Part shown: in pieces, positions 7,228 to 15,440 of the stretch
How positions within the stretch are numbered: position 1 is the stretch's first letter
Layout of the letters: every line of letters starts with the position of its first letter
Source of the DNA: a virus
Lineage: Duplodnaviria; Caudoviricetes
DNA: 35,025 nt
IMG/VR virus record: IMGVR_UViG_3300046095_000082
Location: 1-35,025 of that record
Reading direction: 5' to 3' (one strand)
Program-made: the position numbers and the translations under genes
Notes under the pieces: model-generated
Seen by the model: the letters and a program-made list of their open reading frames with translations, nothing else
Databases searched by the model: none
What the model was told of the DNA's origin: nothing

Positions 7228-8588
7228 AAGCCCAGCACCTTTGCGCCCTTGATGCGCAGCTGCTGATAAACCCATCCGATTTTGTAGCCGCGTTCCTCTG
7301 CGATGCGCTTCAGGTCTTCAATGCTGCGCGCCTTGCCGACTTCAGCCCTGCGTTCACGCTTGATGGATGTGATCTCGGCCAGCTCACCGTCGGTCTGTGC
7401 GACCACCTTGGGCTTGGGAATGTGGACGTGGCCGCAGTTTGGGCACTCTGCCTGCGGCTTGAACACGAAGTAACAGCGTTCGCACTGCTTCACCGCCTCG
7501 ACGGCGTCGGCGTTGCGTTTATTGCGTTTGGCGCCATCCAGTGACCATTCGCGTGGCTCGGTTGGCAGTCCATGGTTCAGCGCGTTGCCGGCGTGGTCCA
7601 GCACGATGCAGTCGGTCTTGCCTGGGTGCAGGCGCAGGCCGCGGCCAACGCTTTGCAGGTACTTGGTCACGGACTTGGTGGGCGCCAGCAGGATGATGCA
7701 GCTGACCGCTGGGCAGTCAACGCCAGCCACCCACAGCTGGCAGTTCACCACCACGTCGATGCGGCCGGCTGCCAGGTCCACCAGGGCTGCATCACGGTCT
7801 GTCTGGTCGCTGGTGCCGCTGATCGCCACAGCTCGATAGCCGGCGCCGTTGAACATGGCCGCGGTGTCTTCGGCGTGCTTGACCGATGTGCAGAACACAA
7901 CGGTCGGGCGGCCATGCGCCAGCTTGCGGTAGTGGTCCACCGCGTTGCCGGTGATCTTTGGTTTGTTCATGGCCGTGGACAGCTGGCCTTGCGCGTAGTC
8001 GCCGGCAATGGTGGCCACGCCAGTCAGGTCTGGCGTGCTGGGCGCGAAGTAGCGAATGGGCACCAGCATACCCATGTCGATCAGATCTTGCGTGCCGCAT
8101 GTCTGCACGATGGTGTCGGCCACCTCGCGCATGCCGCGGCCGTCCAGTCGCACCGGTGTCGCTGTCAGGTGCAGCAGCAGCGGGTTGCCGCAGTCTTCGA
8201 TCACTTGGCGGTAGGTGCTGGCCACGGCCAAGTGGGCTTCGTCGATCACGATTAGGTGCGGCTTGCGGTGCATGCCAAGGCGACGCGCTGCGGTTTGCAC
8301 GCTCACCACCTGCACCTGGCTGAACGGGTCGCACTGCCGGTTCGCCATGATGAAGCTGTGGTCGATGCCCTCGGTGGTCAGCTTGGCGCTGGTGGCCGTC
8401 AGGATCTCGCGCAAGTGCGCCATGAACCAGACGGTGTGGCCACGGTTCACGGCCGACCGGATGATGGTGGCCGCGGTGTGTGTCTTGCCGCTGCCGGTAG
8501 GCGCACACAGGATCGGCGCGCGGTAGCCTTCGCGGTAGGCATTGCGCAGCTGCTCGATGGCTTCGGTTTGGTAGGCGCGCAGCGTCAC
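7224..8588 (-). CDS. Superfamily 2 DEAH helicase (RadD/YejH-like) with C-terminal zinc finger
   Basis: LRAYQ Q-motif, APTGSGKT, IDEAH, TAT, QSVGRGLR, CERC..CPNC; GTG start overlapping the upstream TGA. Confidence 0.92.
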   Translation of the reverse strand: MTLRAYQTEAIEQLRNAYREGYRAPILCAPTGSGKTHTAATIIRSAVNRGHTVWFMAHLREILTATSAKLTTEGIDHSFIMANRQCDPFSQVQVVSVQTAARRLGMHRKPHLIVIDEAHLAVASTYRQVIEDCGNPLLLHLTATPVRLDGRGMREVADTIVQTCGTQDLIDMGMLVPIRYFAPSTPDLTGVATIAGDYAQGQLSTAMNKPKITGNAVDHYRKLAHGRPTVVFCTSVKHAEDTAAMFNGAGYRAVAISGTSDQTDRDAALVDLAAGRIDVVVNCQLWVAGVDCPAVSCIILLAPTKSVTKYLQSVGRGLRLHPGKTDCIVLDHAGNALNHGLPTEPREWSLDGAKRNKRNADAVEAVKQCERCYFVFKPQAECPNCGHVHIPKPKVVAQTDGELAEITSIKRERRAEVGKARSIEDLKRIAEERGYKIGWVYQQLRIKGAKVLGL

Positions 8589-8689
8589 ATCGGCCCCCAC
8601 ATCGTGAAGCCGAACCAGACGATGCGCAGCCATGTGCCCAACAGCAGCGCGAAGATGACGGATGACGCCAGTGATGTGATGAACTTCAT
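8585..8689 (-). CDS. Small membrane peptide (34 aa) not in the ORF track
   Basis: MKFITSLASSVIFALLLGTWLRIVWFGFTMWGPM; ATGA/GTGA overlaps at both ends. Confidence 0.6.
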   Translation of the reverse strand: MKFITSLASSVIFALLLGTWLRIVWFGFTMWGPM

Positions 8690-8886
8690 GCGCGCGCCTG
8701 CTCTTTCAGGCGCTGGGCTGCCTCGATGACGCGTTCCCACGTGCGGGTGGTTGGCTGCGCGGCGCCAGTCTTCCAGCGATGCAGCGTGGTGTTGCTGATC
8801 CCTGCTTCTCTCAGGATGTCATTGGGTTTCACGCGGCAAGTGACCGCGATTTCACAAACCTTCCAGTAGTAGTCATTGGATTTCAT
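8686..8886 (-). CDS. Cro-like HTH regulator
   Basis: 'ILREAGISNTTLHRWKTGAAQP' HTH; first gene of the leftward arm. Confidence 0.8.
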   Translation of the reverse strand: MKSNDYYWKVCEIAVTCRVKPNDILREAGISNTTLHRWKTGAAQPTTRTWERVIEAAQRLKEQARA

Positions 8887-8889
8887 GGG

Positions 8890-9017
8890 ATTCAGTATTG
8901 CTATTTTTTGTTGCAAAATAGCATCATAATCCACGGTTTCGCACTTTTGGGTTGTTTTTCAGGTAATAATCCGCACCCACGGTGATCTTACGTGAACTTT
9001 GAAAGGATAGGCAATAA
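8890..9017. promoter_or_regulatory. Divergent early control region with operator palindrome
   Basis: AT-rich gap between divergent operons; TGCTATTTT-N7-AAAATAGCA at 8899-8923; CATAAT (8925) and AATAAT (~8965) -10-like boxes. Confidence 0.65.
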
Positions 9018-9866
9018 ATGAAAACAGGGATTTACTCTGGCATTTCAAACGACGACTACCACGGTGGTGTTGGCGTTTCTAAATCAGGCCTCGATGTGCT
9101 TGCGCGTTCGCCGCTGCACTACTGGGCCAAGTACATCGACCCAAACCGCGAACGCAAAGAACCGACGCCGGCGATGAAGCTGGGCACGGCCATTCACACC
9201 GCGGTGCTGGAACCCGACGAATTCAGCAAGCGCCACATGGTGGCACCTGCGGTCGACCGCCGAACCAAGGATGGGAAGGCCACCTGGGAACAGTTTCTGG
9301 TCGACGCCGAAGCTGCTGGTGCGGATCTGATCAGCGCTGACGACTTCGCCACCTGCCAGGCGATCAGCCAGCAGGTGCGCCAGCATCCAACGGCGCGCAA
9401 GGTGTTCAACAACGGCACGCCAGAACTGTCGGCCTACTGGACCGATGCTGAAACCGGCCTGCTGTGCAAGTGCCGGCCTGACTGGCTTGGCCTTCCGCTT
9501 GTCGTGGATCTGAAGTCGACCGAAGATGCCAGCGCTGAAGGCTTCGCCAAGTCGGCGTGGAATTACCGCTACTGGGTGCAGGCTGCCTGGTACTTCGACG
9601 GCATTGAACAGGCCACCGGCCAGCGTCCTGGTGCGTTTGTGTTCGCCGCGTTTGAAAAGTCGGCACCGTATGCCTGCCAGTTCTACTTTGCGGACGAAGC
9701 CATGCTGGACATGGGCCGCCGTGAATATCGCCGCCTGCTGCGCATCCTCGCTGACTGCAAGGCTGCCGACAAATGGCCAGGTTACCCAACTGACGTGCTG
9801 CCTCTGGGCGTTCCAGCCTGGGCACTGGCCAAGGCCGCCAACGACAACGCGCAGGCCGACAAATGA
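9018..9866 (+). CDS. RecE-like PD-(D/E)XK exonuclease (DUF3799 type)
   Basis: 'ISNDDYH...SKSGLD...GTAIH.AVLEP...KCRPDW...VDLKST...Y.VQAAWY'; AAAGGA RBS. Confidence 0.9.
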   Translation: MKTGIYSGISNDDYHGGVGVSKSGLDVLARSPLHYWAKYIDPNRERKEPTPAMKLGTAIHTAVLEPDEFSKRHMVAPAVDRRTKDGKATWEQFLVDAEAAGADLISADDFATCQAISQQVRQHPTARKVFNNGTPELSAYWTDAETGLLCKCRPDWLGLPLVVDLKSTEDASAEGFAKSAWNYRYWVQAAWYFDGIEQATGQRPGAFVFAAFEKSAPYACQFYFADEAMLDMGRREYRRLLRILADCKAADKWPGYPTDVLPLGVPAWALAKAANDNAQADK

Positions 9867-10192
9867 AACACCTGGTCCTGGCCATCGCCATGCTGTCTGC
9901 GACCTCGGCGCATGCTGAGTTTTACGACGGCAACATGCTGCTGACACGCATGAAGGGTGACGCACTCGACCAAATGGCGGCCATGGGTTTCGTGGCCGGC
10001 GTTTGGGACGCCTACATGGGCGTGCTGATCTGCCCACCGCCAAACGTGTCGCTGAACCAAGCCCGCGACCTCACCCGCCAGCTGCTCGAAAAGCTGCCGC
10101 ACCGCCGCCACATGGCAGCGTTTCGGTTTGTTCTTGCGGCCGGCGGCTCGAATTTCCCTTGTACTAAACCTGGCCAACCGGCCAAATTCTGA
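9863..10192 (+). CDS. Secreted Rap1a/Tai-like immunity-fold protein
   Basis: Signal peptide ending AHA; 'GN.LL...GFVAGVWD...ICPPPNVS..Q...FPC' Rap1a pattern. Confidence 0.65.
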   Translation: MKHLVLAIAMLSATSAHAEFYDGNMLLTRMKGDALDQMAAMGFVAGVWDAYMGVLICPPPNVSLNQARDLTRQLLEKLPHRRHMAAFRFVLAAGGSNFPCTKPGQPAKF

Positions 10193-10201
10193 AAGCTCAA
10201 A

Positions 10202-11212
10202 ATGTCCTTTGAAGTCCGTCTAGCCCAGCGCCAAGGTGCGCGCCTCTTGATCCAGTTGTCCGGCGTGTCCGGCTCTGGCAAAACTTTCACCGCCCTGCAG
10301 CTGGCCTATGGCCTCGCCGGCAAAGACGCCAGCAAGATGGTGCTGATCGACACTGAGAACCGCCGCGGTTCACTGTATGCCGACATCCTGCCTGGCAAAG
10401 CCAAATTCAATATCATCGACTTCTATGCGCCGTTCAGCCCTGAACGCTACACCGAAGCCATCGACGCGGCGTGCCGTGCTGGCGCCGAAGTGATCGTGAT
10501 CGACAGCGTCACGCACGAATGGGAAAGTGAAGGCGGCTGCGAATGGATCGCCAACCAGACGCGCTTCCCAGACTGGAAACGTGCCAAGGCTCTACACAAA
10601 CGGTTCATGACCCACATGCTGCAGTCGCCGGCGCACATCATTGCCTGCACCCGTGCGCGTGAAAAAGTCGACTTCAGCGATCCCAAAAACCCGATCAAGC
10701 TCGGCATCCAGCCCATCCAAGAAAAAAACTTCAGCTATGAAGCCACTGTCAGCTTGCTGATGCACAACCAGGGCTACAGCCAGGACGTGCTGAAGTGCCC
10801 AGCCGAACTGCAGGCGGTGCTGGGTCGTGCCGAAGGTTATATCGGCGCCAAGGAAGGCCAGCAGCTGCGCAAGTGGGTGGACGGCGCCGAACAGGTGGAC
10901 CCAGCCATCGAACACCACCGCGGTCTGCTGCTGAACGTGACCGAACAGGGCTTGGCGTCCCTGCAGGCAGCCTGGCTGGCCACACCGGCAAACATTCGCA
11001 AGGCATTGGGCGATAACTTCAAAGAACAGCTGAAGTCTTCCGCTGCGGCATACGACGAAAGCCGCAGAACCGCAGGTGCGACAGATACGCCCAATGCCAT
11101 TGCGGCACTCAATTCCAGCGATGCGCCTGTGGGTAACGACCAGCAGCCGGATGGCGCAGGCCAGCCTGAACATGCAACCAGTCAGACAACGGGGGGTGTC
11201 AATGTCTTTTGA
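10202..11212 (+). CDS. Sak4-like (AAA_24) recombination ATPase
   Basis: GVSGSGKT, LIDTE, VIDSVTHEW; adjacent to the RecE-like nuclease. Confidence 0.85.
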   Translation: MSFEVRLAQRQGARLLIQLSGVSGSGKTFTALQLAYGLAGKDASKMVLIDTENRRGSLYADILPGKAKFNIIDFYAPFSPERYTEAIDAACRAGAEVIVIDSVTHEWESEGGCEWIANQTRFPDWKRAKALHKRFMTHMLQSPAHIIACTRAREKVDFSDPKNPIKLGIQPIQEKNFSYEATVSLLMHNQGYSQDVLKCPAELQAVLGRAEGYIGAKEGQQLRKWVDGAEQVDPAIEHHRGLLLNVTEQGLASLQAAWLATPANIRKALGDNFKEQLKSSAAAYDESRRTAGATDTPNAIAALNSSDAPVGNDQQPDGAGQPEHATSQTTGGVNVF

Positions 11213-11426
11213 CAAGGGTGAATCGATGCCAGCGGATATGCATTACATGACGCCATCAGAATTGGTGGCGCGCTACAAACAGACCATCACCATCAGGACA
11301 CTGGCGAACTGGCGCAGCACCGGCGAAGGCCCACGCTACACCAAGATCGGCGGGCGGGTGCTGTACCCATCGCACGCTGTCGCTGAATGGGAAAACGCAC
11401 GGACGCTTGGGATGGCGCGAACCTAA
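11202..11426 (+). CDS. Excisionase-like winged-HTH protein
   Basis: 'MTPSELVAR...TLANWRSTGEGPRYTKIGGRVLY'; sits next to attP. Confidence 0.85.
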   Translation: MSFDKGESMPADMHYMTPSELVARYKQTITIRTLANWRSTGEGPRYTKIGGRVLYPSHAVAEWENARTLGMART

Positions 11427-11450
11427 CCCTAGACCTTACCCTGAAATTTT

Positions 11451-11476
11451 TGGCCCCTTCGTGGGGCCATTTTTTT
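11451..11476 (+). terminator. Rho-independent terminator after xis
   Basis: TGGCCCC-TTCGT-GGGGCCA followed by T7. Confidence 0.85.
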
Positions 11477-11499
11477 CTGTGTGATTTCAGTGGTTTAGG

Positions 11500-11548
11500 T
11501 GGTGAGCGCTGTGGGGGTCGAACCCACGACCTACTGATTAAAAGTCAA
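11500..11548 (-). other. attP core: 3' part of a tRNA-Lys(TTT) gene
   Basis: Reverse complement TGAC-TTT-TAATCAGTAGGTCGTGGGTTCGACCCCCACAGCGCTCACCA gives anticodon arm, T-arm and CCA; no D-arm or 5' acceptor strand. Confidence 0.9.
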
Positions 11549-11709
11549 TCAAACCCACATCATTGCGAATCACAGAATATCACGGCACCACTGCTCAAAC
11601 CACTGTTTTCTGTTGCAATTTTCCACCGTGTCGGGTTAAGTGCCCAGACCTGCTGATGTTCTTCGGTTGGTGCAAACCTTACCCTAAACCTTACCCCAAG
11701 GACGTGCCC

Positions 11710-12915
11710 ATGCTCTCCGATAGACAGATCCAAGGCGCCATCAGGCGTTGCGAAAAAGAGACAATTTTGAACGACGGCGGCAGCCATGGCACGGGCAGTT
11801 TGGTGCTGGTAATCCGCAAGCTGAAGGACCAGACATCGGCGCAGTGGGTTGGCCGGTGGTGGGTCGATGGTAAGCAGCGCAAGAAGTCGCTGGGACGTTA
11901 TCCAGACCTCGGTGCAGGGCAGGCACGTGACGCGTTCCGTGAACAGGTTAGCGACGTGTTGGCGTCTGGCAAAAGCCCGCGGGTGGTGGTTGCAGTCACA
12001 GAACGCCCGACGGTGCAGCGGCTGTTCGATGCCTACTGCGACCGGATGGTGGCCGATAGCAAGTCCAGCGCAGCGCAAGTCCGCCACAGCTTGAACCAGG
12101 TGGCTGAATTCCTCGGCCCGAACCGCAACGCCGGCGACGTCGATTCGGCTGATGTGGCTGCGTTCTTGGCCATCGTGTACGGCCGCGGCGCTTCGGTGTA
12201 CGCCGACCGGTTCAGGTCGTACATGTCGGCCGCGTTCAATTACGGCATGAAGGCTGCGCACGACTACAGGTCCGACCGGCGCCAGGACTGGGGCATCAAG
12301 ACCAACCCAGTGACAGCCGTGCCCAAGGACACCGGCGTGGCGAAGGCGCGCGACCGTGCGCTGTCTGCTGCTGAAATCGCGCAGCTATGGCACGCCACGT
12401 CTGGTGCTGGGTTCGCGCTCGAAACAGCGGCGGCCATCCGGCTGCTGATCTGCTGTGGCCAGCGTGTGCGCGAAACGCTGCGCATGGACGCCAGCGAAAT
12501 CGACATCGACACCGCCACGTGGACCATGCCGGCAGAAAAGACCAAGGGCGGCCGCCTGGCGCACGTGGTGCCCTTGCCTGCGCTGGCGTTGCCCACGCTG
12601 CGCCTGCTGCTGCAGGTGCGTCCCACGGGGCTGCTGATGCCGATCTCGGATATGGGGATCTGCAAGGCTCTGGCACGGTGGCGGCCGACGGTTGGTGTCG
12701 AATACTTCCAGCCGCGGGATCTGCGCCGCACGTGGAAGTCGCGCACGCATGACGCCGGCGTCGACCGCTACACCCGCGACCTGATCCAGCAGCATGCAAT
12801 GGGTGACACCGGCAGCCGGCACTATGACCGCGCCGACTACATGGCGCAGAAACGCGACGCCATGGCCAAGTGGAATGTGTGGCTGGAAAACTGCCTACAA
12901 TCGACTGATGGATGA
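11710..12915 (+). CDS. int: Tyrosine integrase (P4-like, N-terminal arm-binding domain)
   Basis: 'LSDRQI...SLGRYPDL' arm domain; GQRVRE, EKTK, RDLRRT, QQH, HYDR catalytic motifs; AAGGA RBS. Confidence 0.92.
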   Translation: MLSDRQIQGAIRRCEKETILNDGGSHGTGSLVLVIRKLKDQTSAQWVGRWWVDGKQRKKSLGRYPDLGAGQARDAFREQVSDVLASGKSPRVVVAVTERPTVQRLFDAYCDRMVADSKSSAAQVRHSLNQVAEFLGPNRNAGDVDSADVAAFLAIVYGRGASVYADRFRSYMSAAFNYGMKAAHDYRSDRRQDWGIKTNPVTAVPKDTGVAKARDRALSAAEIAQLWHATSGAGFALETAAAIRLLICCGQRVRETLRMDASEIDIDTATWTMPAEKTKGGRLAHVVPLPALALPTLRLLLQVRPTGLLMPISDMGICKALARWRPTVGVEYFQPRDLRRTWKSRTHDAGVDRYTRDLIQQHAMGDTGSRHYDRADYMAQKRDAMAKWNVWLENCLQSTDG

Positions 12916-13120
12916 AGCCGACGTCGCCAATGACATGATCATGCGTGAAATGAATTACCGCATCGCCGCTGTGCAAGCCGCGACTGCGAACTCGTCACCT
13001 GCAAACTGCGAACGCTGCGATGATCCCATCACGCCAGCACGTCGCGCCTTGAACCTTCGCCTGTGCATCGAATGCGCCAAGCTGAAGGAACGCAGCGACC
13101 GGATGTTTACTGGCCGCTGA
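12908..13120 (+). CDS. TraR/DksA C4 zinc-finger protein
   Basis: N-terminal DEADVA (DxxDxA) motif; CERC...RR...LCIEC. Confidence 0.85.
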   Translation: MDEADVANDMIMREMNYRIAAVQAATANSSPANCERCDDPITPARRALNLRLCIECAKLKERSDRMFTGR

Positions 13121-13604
13121 TTCCGTGGGCGTAGTCCTGCAGCCCCATTACCTGGTCACGGAATTCGACAGCTCTTTCCGCCAATCTTCGATATTCCTTT
13201 GCGCACTGTCCAAGTAATTTTCTGGCGGCACTGGCTTCATTAGCGAAGGCGGCGGTAGCGGGATCTGCGGGGGCTGTACGGGCATTAAGTCGGTCGATCT
13301 GGTCGCGCAGGCTGTCAGCAGCAAGGGCAGCATCAGCAGCGCGCTTCGCCAGCTCGGTTTGTTTTTCGATGGCATTTTGTGCGACCCTTTCATTTCGTTT
13401 TTGCCAGGCACGTTCGGTGGCGCGTGCAGCTGCTTCGGCCTTGGCGGTGTTCTCTGCGACTTCCATGCGGTAGGTGGCCAGCTCGGTCTTGGCCAATGAC
13501 AGGCGAACCGTCTGCATGCCAAGCGCACCAGTCAGCACGGCGATGGCCGCCAGTGGCAGCCATGGTGGAATGAAGCCGGTCAGTATCGACAGCAGCCGCC
13601 CCAT
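13107..13604 (-). CDS. i-spanin (Rz-like)
   Basis: N-terminal TM helix plus long coiled coil, directly after the endolysin, with a nested lipoprotein ORF. Confidence 0.85.
   Translation of the reverse strand: MGRLLSILTGFIPPWLPLAAIAVLTGALGMQTVRLSLAKTELATYRMEVAENTAKAEAAARATERAWQKRNERVAQNAIEKQTELAKRAADAALAADSLRDQIDRLNARTAPADPATAAFANEASAARKLLGQCAKEYRRLAERAVEFRDQVMGLQDYAHGISGQ
13148..13375 (-). CDS. o-spanin (Rz1-like lipoprotein), embedded in the Rz gene
   Basis: Lipobox LLLTAC followed by a Pro-rich segment, in another frame inside the i-spanin. Confidence 0.8.
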   Translation of the reverse strand: MPSKNKPSWRSALLMLPLLLTACATRSTDLMPVQPPQIPLPPPSLMKPVPPENYLDSAQRNIEDWRKELSNSVTR

Positions 13605-14332
13605 CACAGCTTGCCCTTGTATTTTGGCATCCTGGTGTGCAGGACGTCTTCCACGTGGTGTCGGTTGATGTCGCAGGCGCTTCGTCCGGCGTACAGGGGT
13701 TTGGTTGATTTCAGGCAAACTTTTTCGACGTGGCCGAACCACTTGTTGGGGTCGCATCCATCACGCAGGCCGCAGGCTCTGCGCTCGTTCAGAACGCCAC
13801 CCAGTCCGCCGTTGTAGGCAGCGTCCGTCATGGCCAATTTGCCCTCTGGATATGGCACCAGCTTGTCCAGCCGGTTCCAGCTGGCGCGCGTCATCAAGAT
13901 CAGCACGCGCATTTGCAGATCCGGCCGGCTGTAGACGGTGTCCCAGCGCAGGTCGTTCAGGCCCTTGGCGTCCAGGCGCTTGGCATCTTCCAGGGCGTCG
14001 AATCGGGTGGACCCGTCGGCCTTGAACGCACGGGTCAGCTGGCCAAGGCCGGCGCCTTCCTCGCGGTCTGATTTCAGGCGCGACTTGGGGTTCCAGCACT
14101 TGCTGTGCGTCAGGCTGATGCAGCTTTCATGCTCGATCAGGGCGCCGAAATAGTTGGGGAATTGGAACGCCGGCCAGACGTCTTTGACCTGGGCTTTCAG
14201 CGTCGGCATGTATTCCACTGCCTGTTCTGGAATGTAGGTCTTGACGTCAGGCGGTGGCGCGCGCTTGGCAGGCGCTGCACTGGCAGCCGATACCATGGCC
14301 GCAGCGCACAGGATGGCCGCCAGGCGCTTCAC
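13604..14332 (-). CDS. Endolysin, lytic transglycosylase (SLT-like) with N-terminal signal sequence
   Basis: IEHES catalytic motif, GLGQL, AAYNGG; hydrophobic Ala-rich N-terminus; GTG start coupled to the holin. Confidence 0.85.
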   Translation of the reverse strand: MKRLAAILCAAAMVSAASAAPAKRAPPPDVKTYIPEQAVEYMPTLKAQVKDVWPAFQFPNYFGALIEHESCISLTHSKCWNPKSRLKSDREEGAGLGQLTRAFKADGSTRFDALEDAKRLDAKGLNDLRWDTVYSRPDLQMRVLILMTRASWNRLDKLVPYPEGKLAMTDAAYNGGLGGVLNERRACGLRDGCDPNKWFGHVEKVCLKSTKPLYAGRSACDINRHHVEDVLHTRMPKYKGKL

Positions 14333-14658
14333 TTTTGCACCTGTGCAAAGAACAGCAGCAAGCCGACCAGCACCATGCCGCGCAGCAGACAAACGCCAAG
14401 GTAGGCGATGCCGGCCGCGTAGTTGCCCATGATCGACTGCTCGTACAGGTCTTCGCTCGATGCGCCGCCCAGCATGGCTTTGCCGATGCCGTATGCCACG
14501 CCAGTGACCAGCAGGGCTTGTGCCCACAGCTGGACGCGCAGGATAGTGTCGGCGAAGTTTGGCGACGGGTCGGTGTAGATGAACCACACCAGGATAAGCA
14601 ACGGAACGACGGCGAACTGCGACGTGCGCGAATTAAGGGCTGCAATGATTTTTTTCAT
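14329..14658 (-). CDS. Putative holin (3 TM)
   Basis: 109 aa, three hydrophobic segments, directly upstream of the endolysin. Confidence 0.65.
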   Translation of the reverse strand: MKKIIAALNSRTSQFAVVPLLILVWFIYTDPSPNFADTILRVQLWAQALLVTGVAYGIGKAMLGGASSEDLYEQSIMGNYAAGIAYLGVCLLRGMVLVGLLLFFAQVQK

Positions 14659-14662
14659 GGGT

Positions 14663-15148
14663 TCAAACTCCAAATTGTCCGAAGGCGAAAAGAACGGCAC
14701 CCAGTGAACCAACGCCCACCGATGCCCAGAACAGCGGCATGGTGACCGCCAAGATCGCTGCTGTTGACAGCACGATTCCAATTTGCAGGGCGCTGCCTGC
14801 GTATGTAAAAAACACCGAACGCGCCTTGGCTGCGTCGCGCTCTGCTTCCAGCTGCTTGGCTTTGGCTTCCAGCTCGACCATGTCGGCCTTCATGCGTTTG
14901 GCTTCGGCTTTGTAGTGGGATGCAACAGCCTGGCTGGGCGCTGTGTCAGCCGTGGTGGCGTAGACCACCGAACGCACGTTCTTCGCCTGATACCAGGCCC
15001 ACACGTTGTTGGCCGCGATGGTGTTGGTCAGAACCTTGCCGCTGTTGCTACCGCCGATCATGGTGTTGATGGCCAGCAGCGCAGCGAACGTCGTGATGAC
15101 GATGGCCGCGCGTTTCTTGATGATGATTTCCAGTTCACTTCGTGTCAT
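14663..15148 (-). CDS. DUF4337-like membrane protein
   Basis: TM, then 'ANNVWAWYQAKNVR', coiled coil, 'ALQIGIVLST' and two more TMs. Confidence 0.7.
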   Translation of the reverse strand: MTRSELEIIIKKRAAIVITTFAALLAINTMIGGSNSGKVLTNTIAANNVWAWYQAKNVRSVVYATTADTAPSQAVASHYKAEAKRMKADMVELEAKAKQLEAERDAAKARSVFFTYAGSALQIGIVLSTAAILAVTMPLFWASVGVGSLGAVLFAFGQFGV

Positions 15149-15440
15149 CGGGGTCTTTCAGTTTTTGTTCCAGTTTGGATATTTTACGGTTTTGCTGCTC
15201 GATGACGGCGTCCTGCTTGGCCAGGCGTTTCGTGTTGTCTTTCCAGATCAGAAACGCCAATGGCAGACCCATCCACAGCGCCAGCGATAAGAAGATCACG
15301 ACGACCCGAAACCAGGCGGTGTCGGACCTGGCCATCCTAACGACCACAGCAGCGCCCACGCCCAGATCGTCAGACCCGACACGACCGCCACTGCCACCAG
15401 TCGGTCGATTAGAAAAATTTTGGTTTGGTCTTGTAGCCAT
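15135..15440 (-). CDS. Hypothetical membrane protein with coiled-coil tail (start may be 15335)
   Basis: TM helix followed by a heptad-rich C-terminus; overlaps its neighbours. Confidence 0.55.
   Translation of the reverse strand: MATRPNQNFSNRPTGGSGGRVGSDDLGVGAAVVVRMARSDTAWFRVVVIFLSLALWMGLPLAFLIWKDNTKRLAKQDAVIEQQNRKISKLEQKLKDPDDTK

Larger units (their letters stand above)
11421..11697 (+). repeat. Putative integrase arm-type binding repeats flanking the attP core
   Basis: ACCTAACCCT (11421), ACCTTACCCT (11433), ACCTTACCCT (11676), ACCTTACCCC (11688): two tandem pairs with 12-bp period. Confidence 0.75.

Noticed and set aside
11500-11548. Functional tRNA-Lys gene
   Set aside because: Only the anticodon arm to CCA is present, with no D-arm or 5' acceptor strand; its position between xis and int marks it as attP.
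11563-11709. Extended integrase N-terminus from the ORF track
   Set aside because: It runs through the attP arm repeats (KPYPKPYPK); the ATG at 11710 has an RBS and matches the usual domain start.
12710-12735. Inactive integrase because HxxR reads RDLR
   Set aside because: The first His of this motif is known to vary among tyrosine recombinases, and the other catalytic residues and attP are intact.
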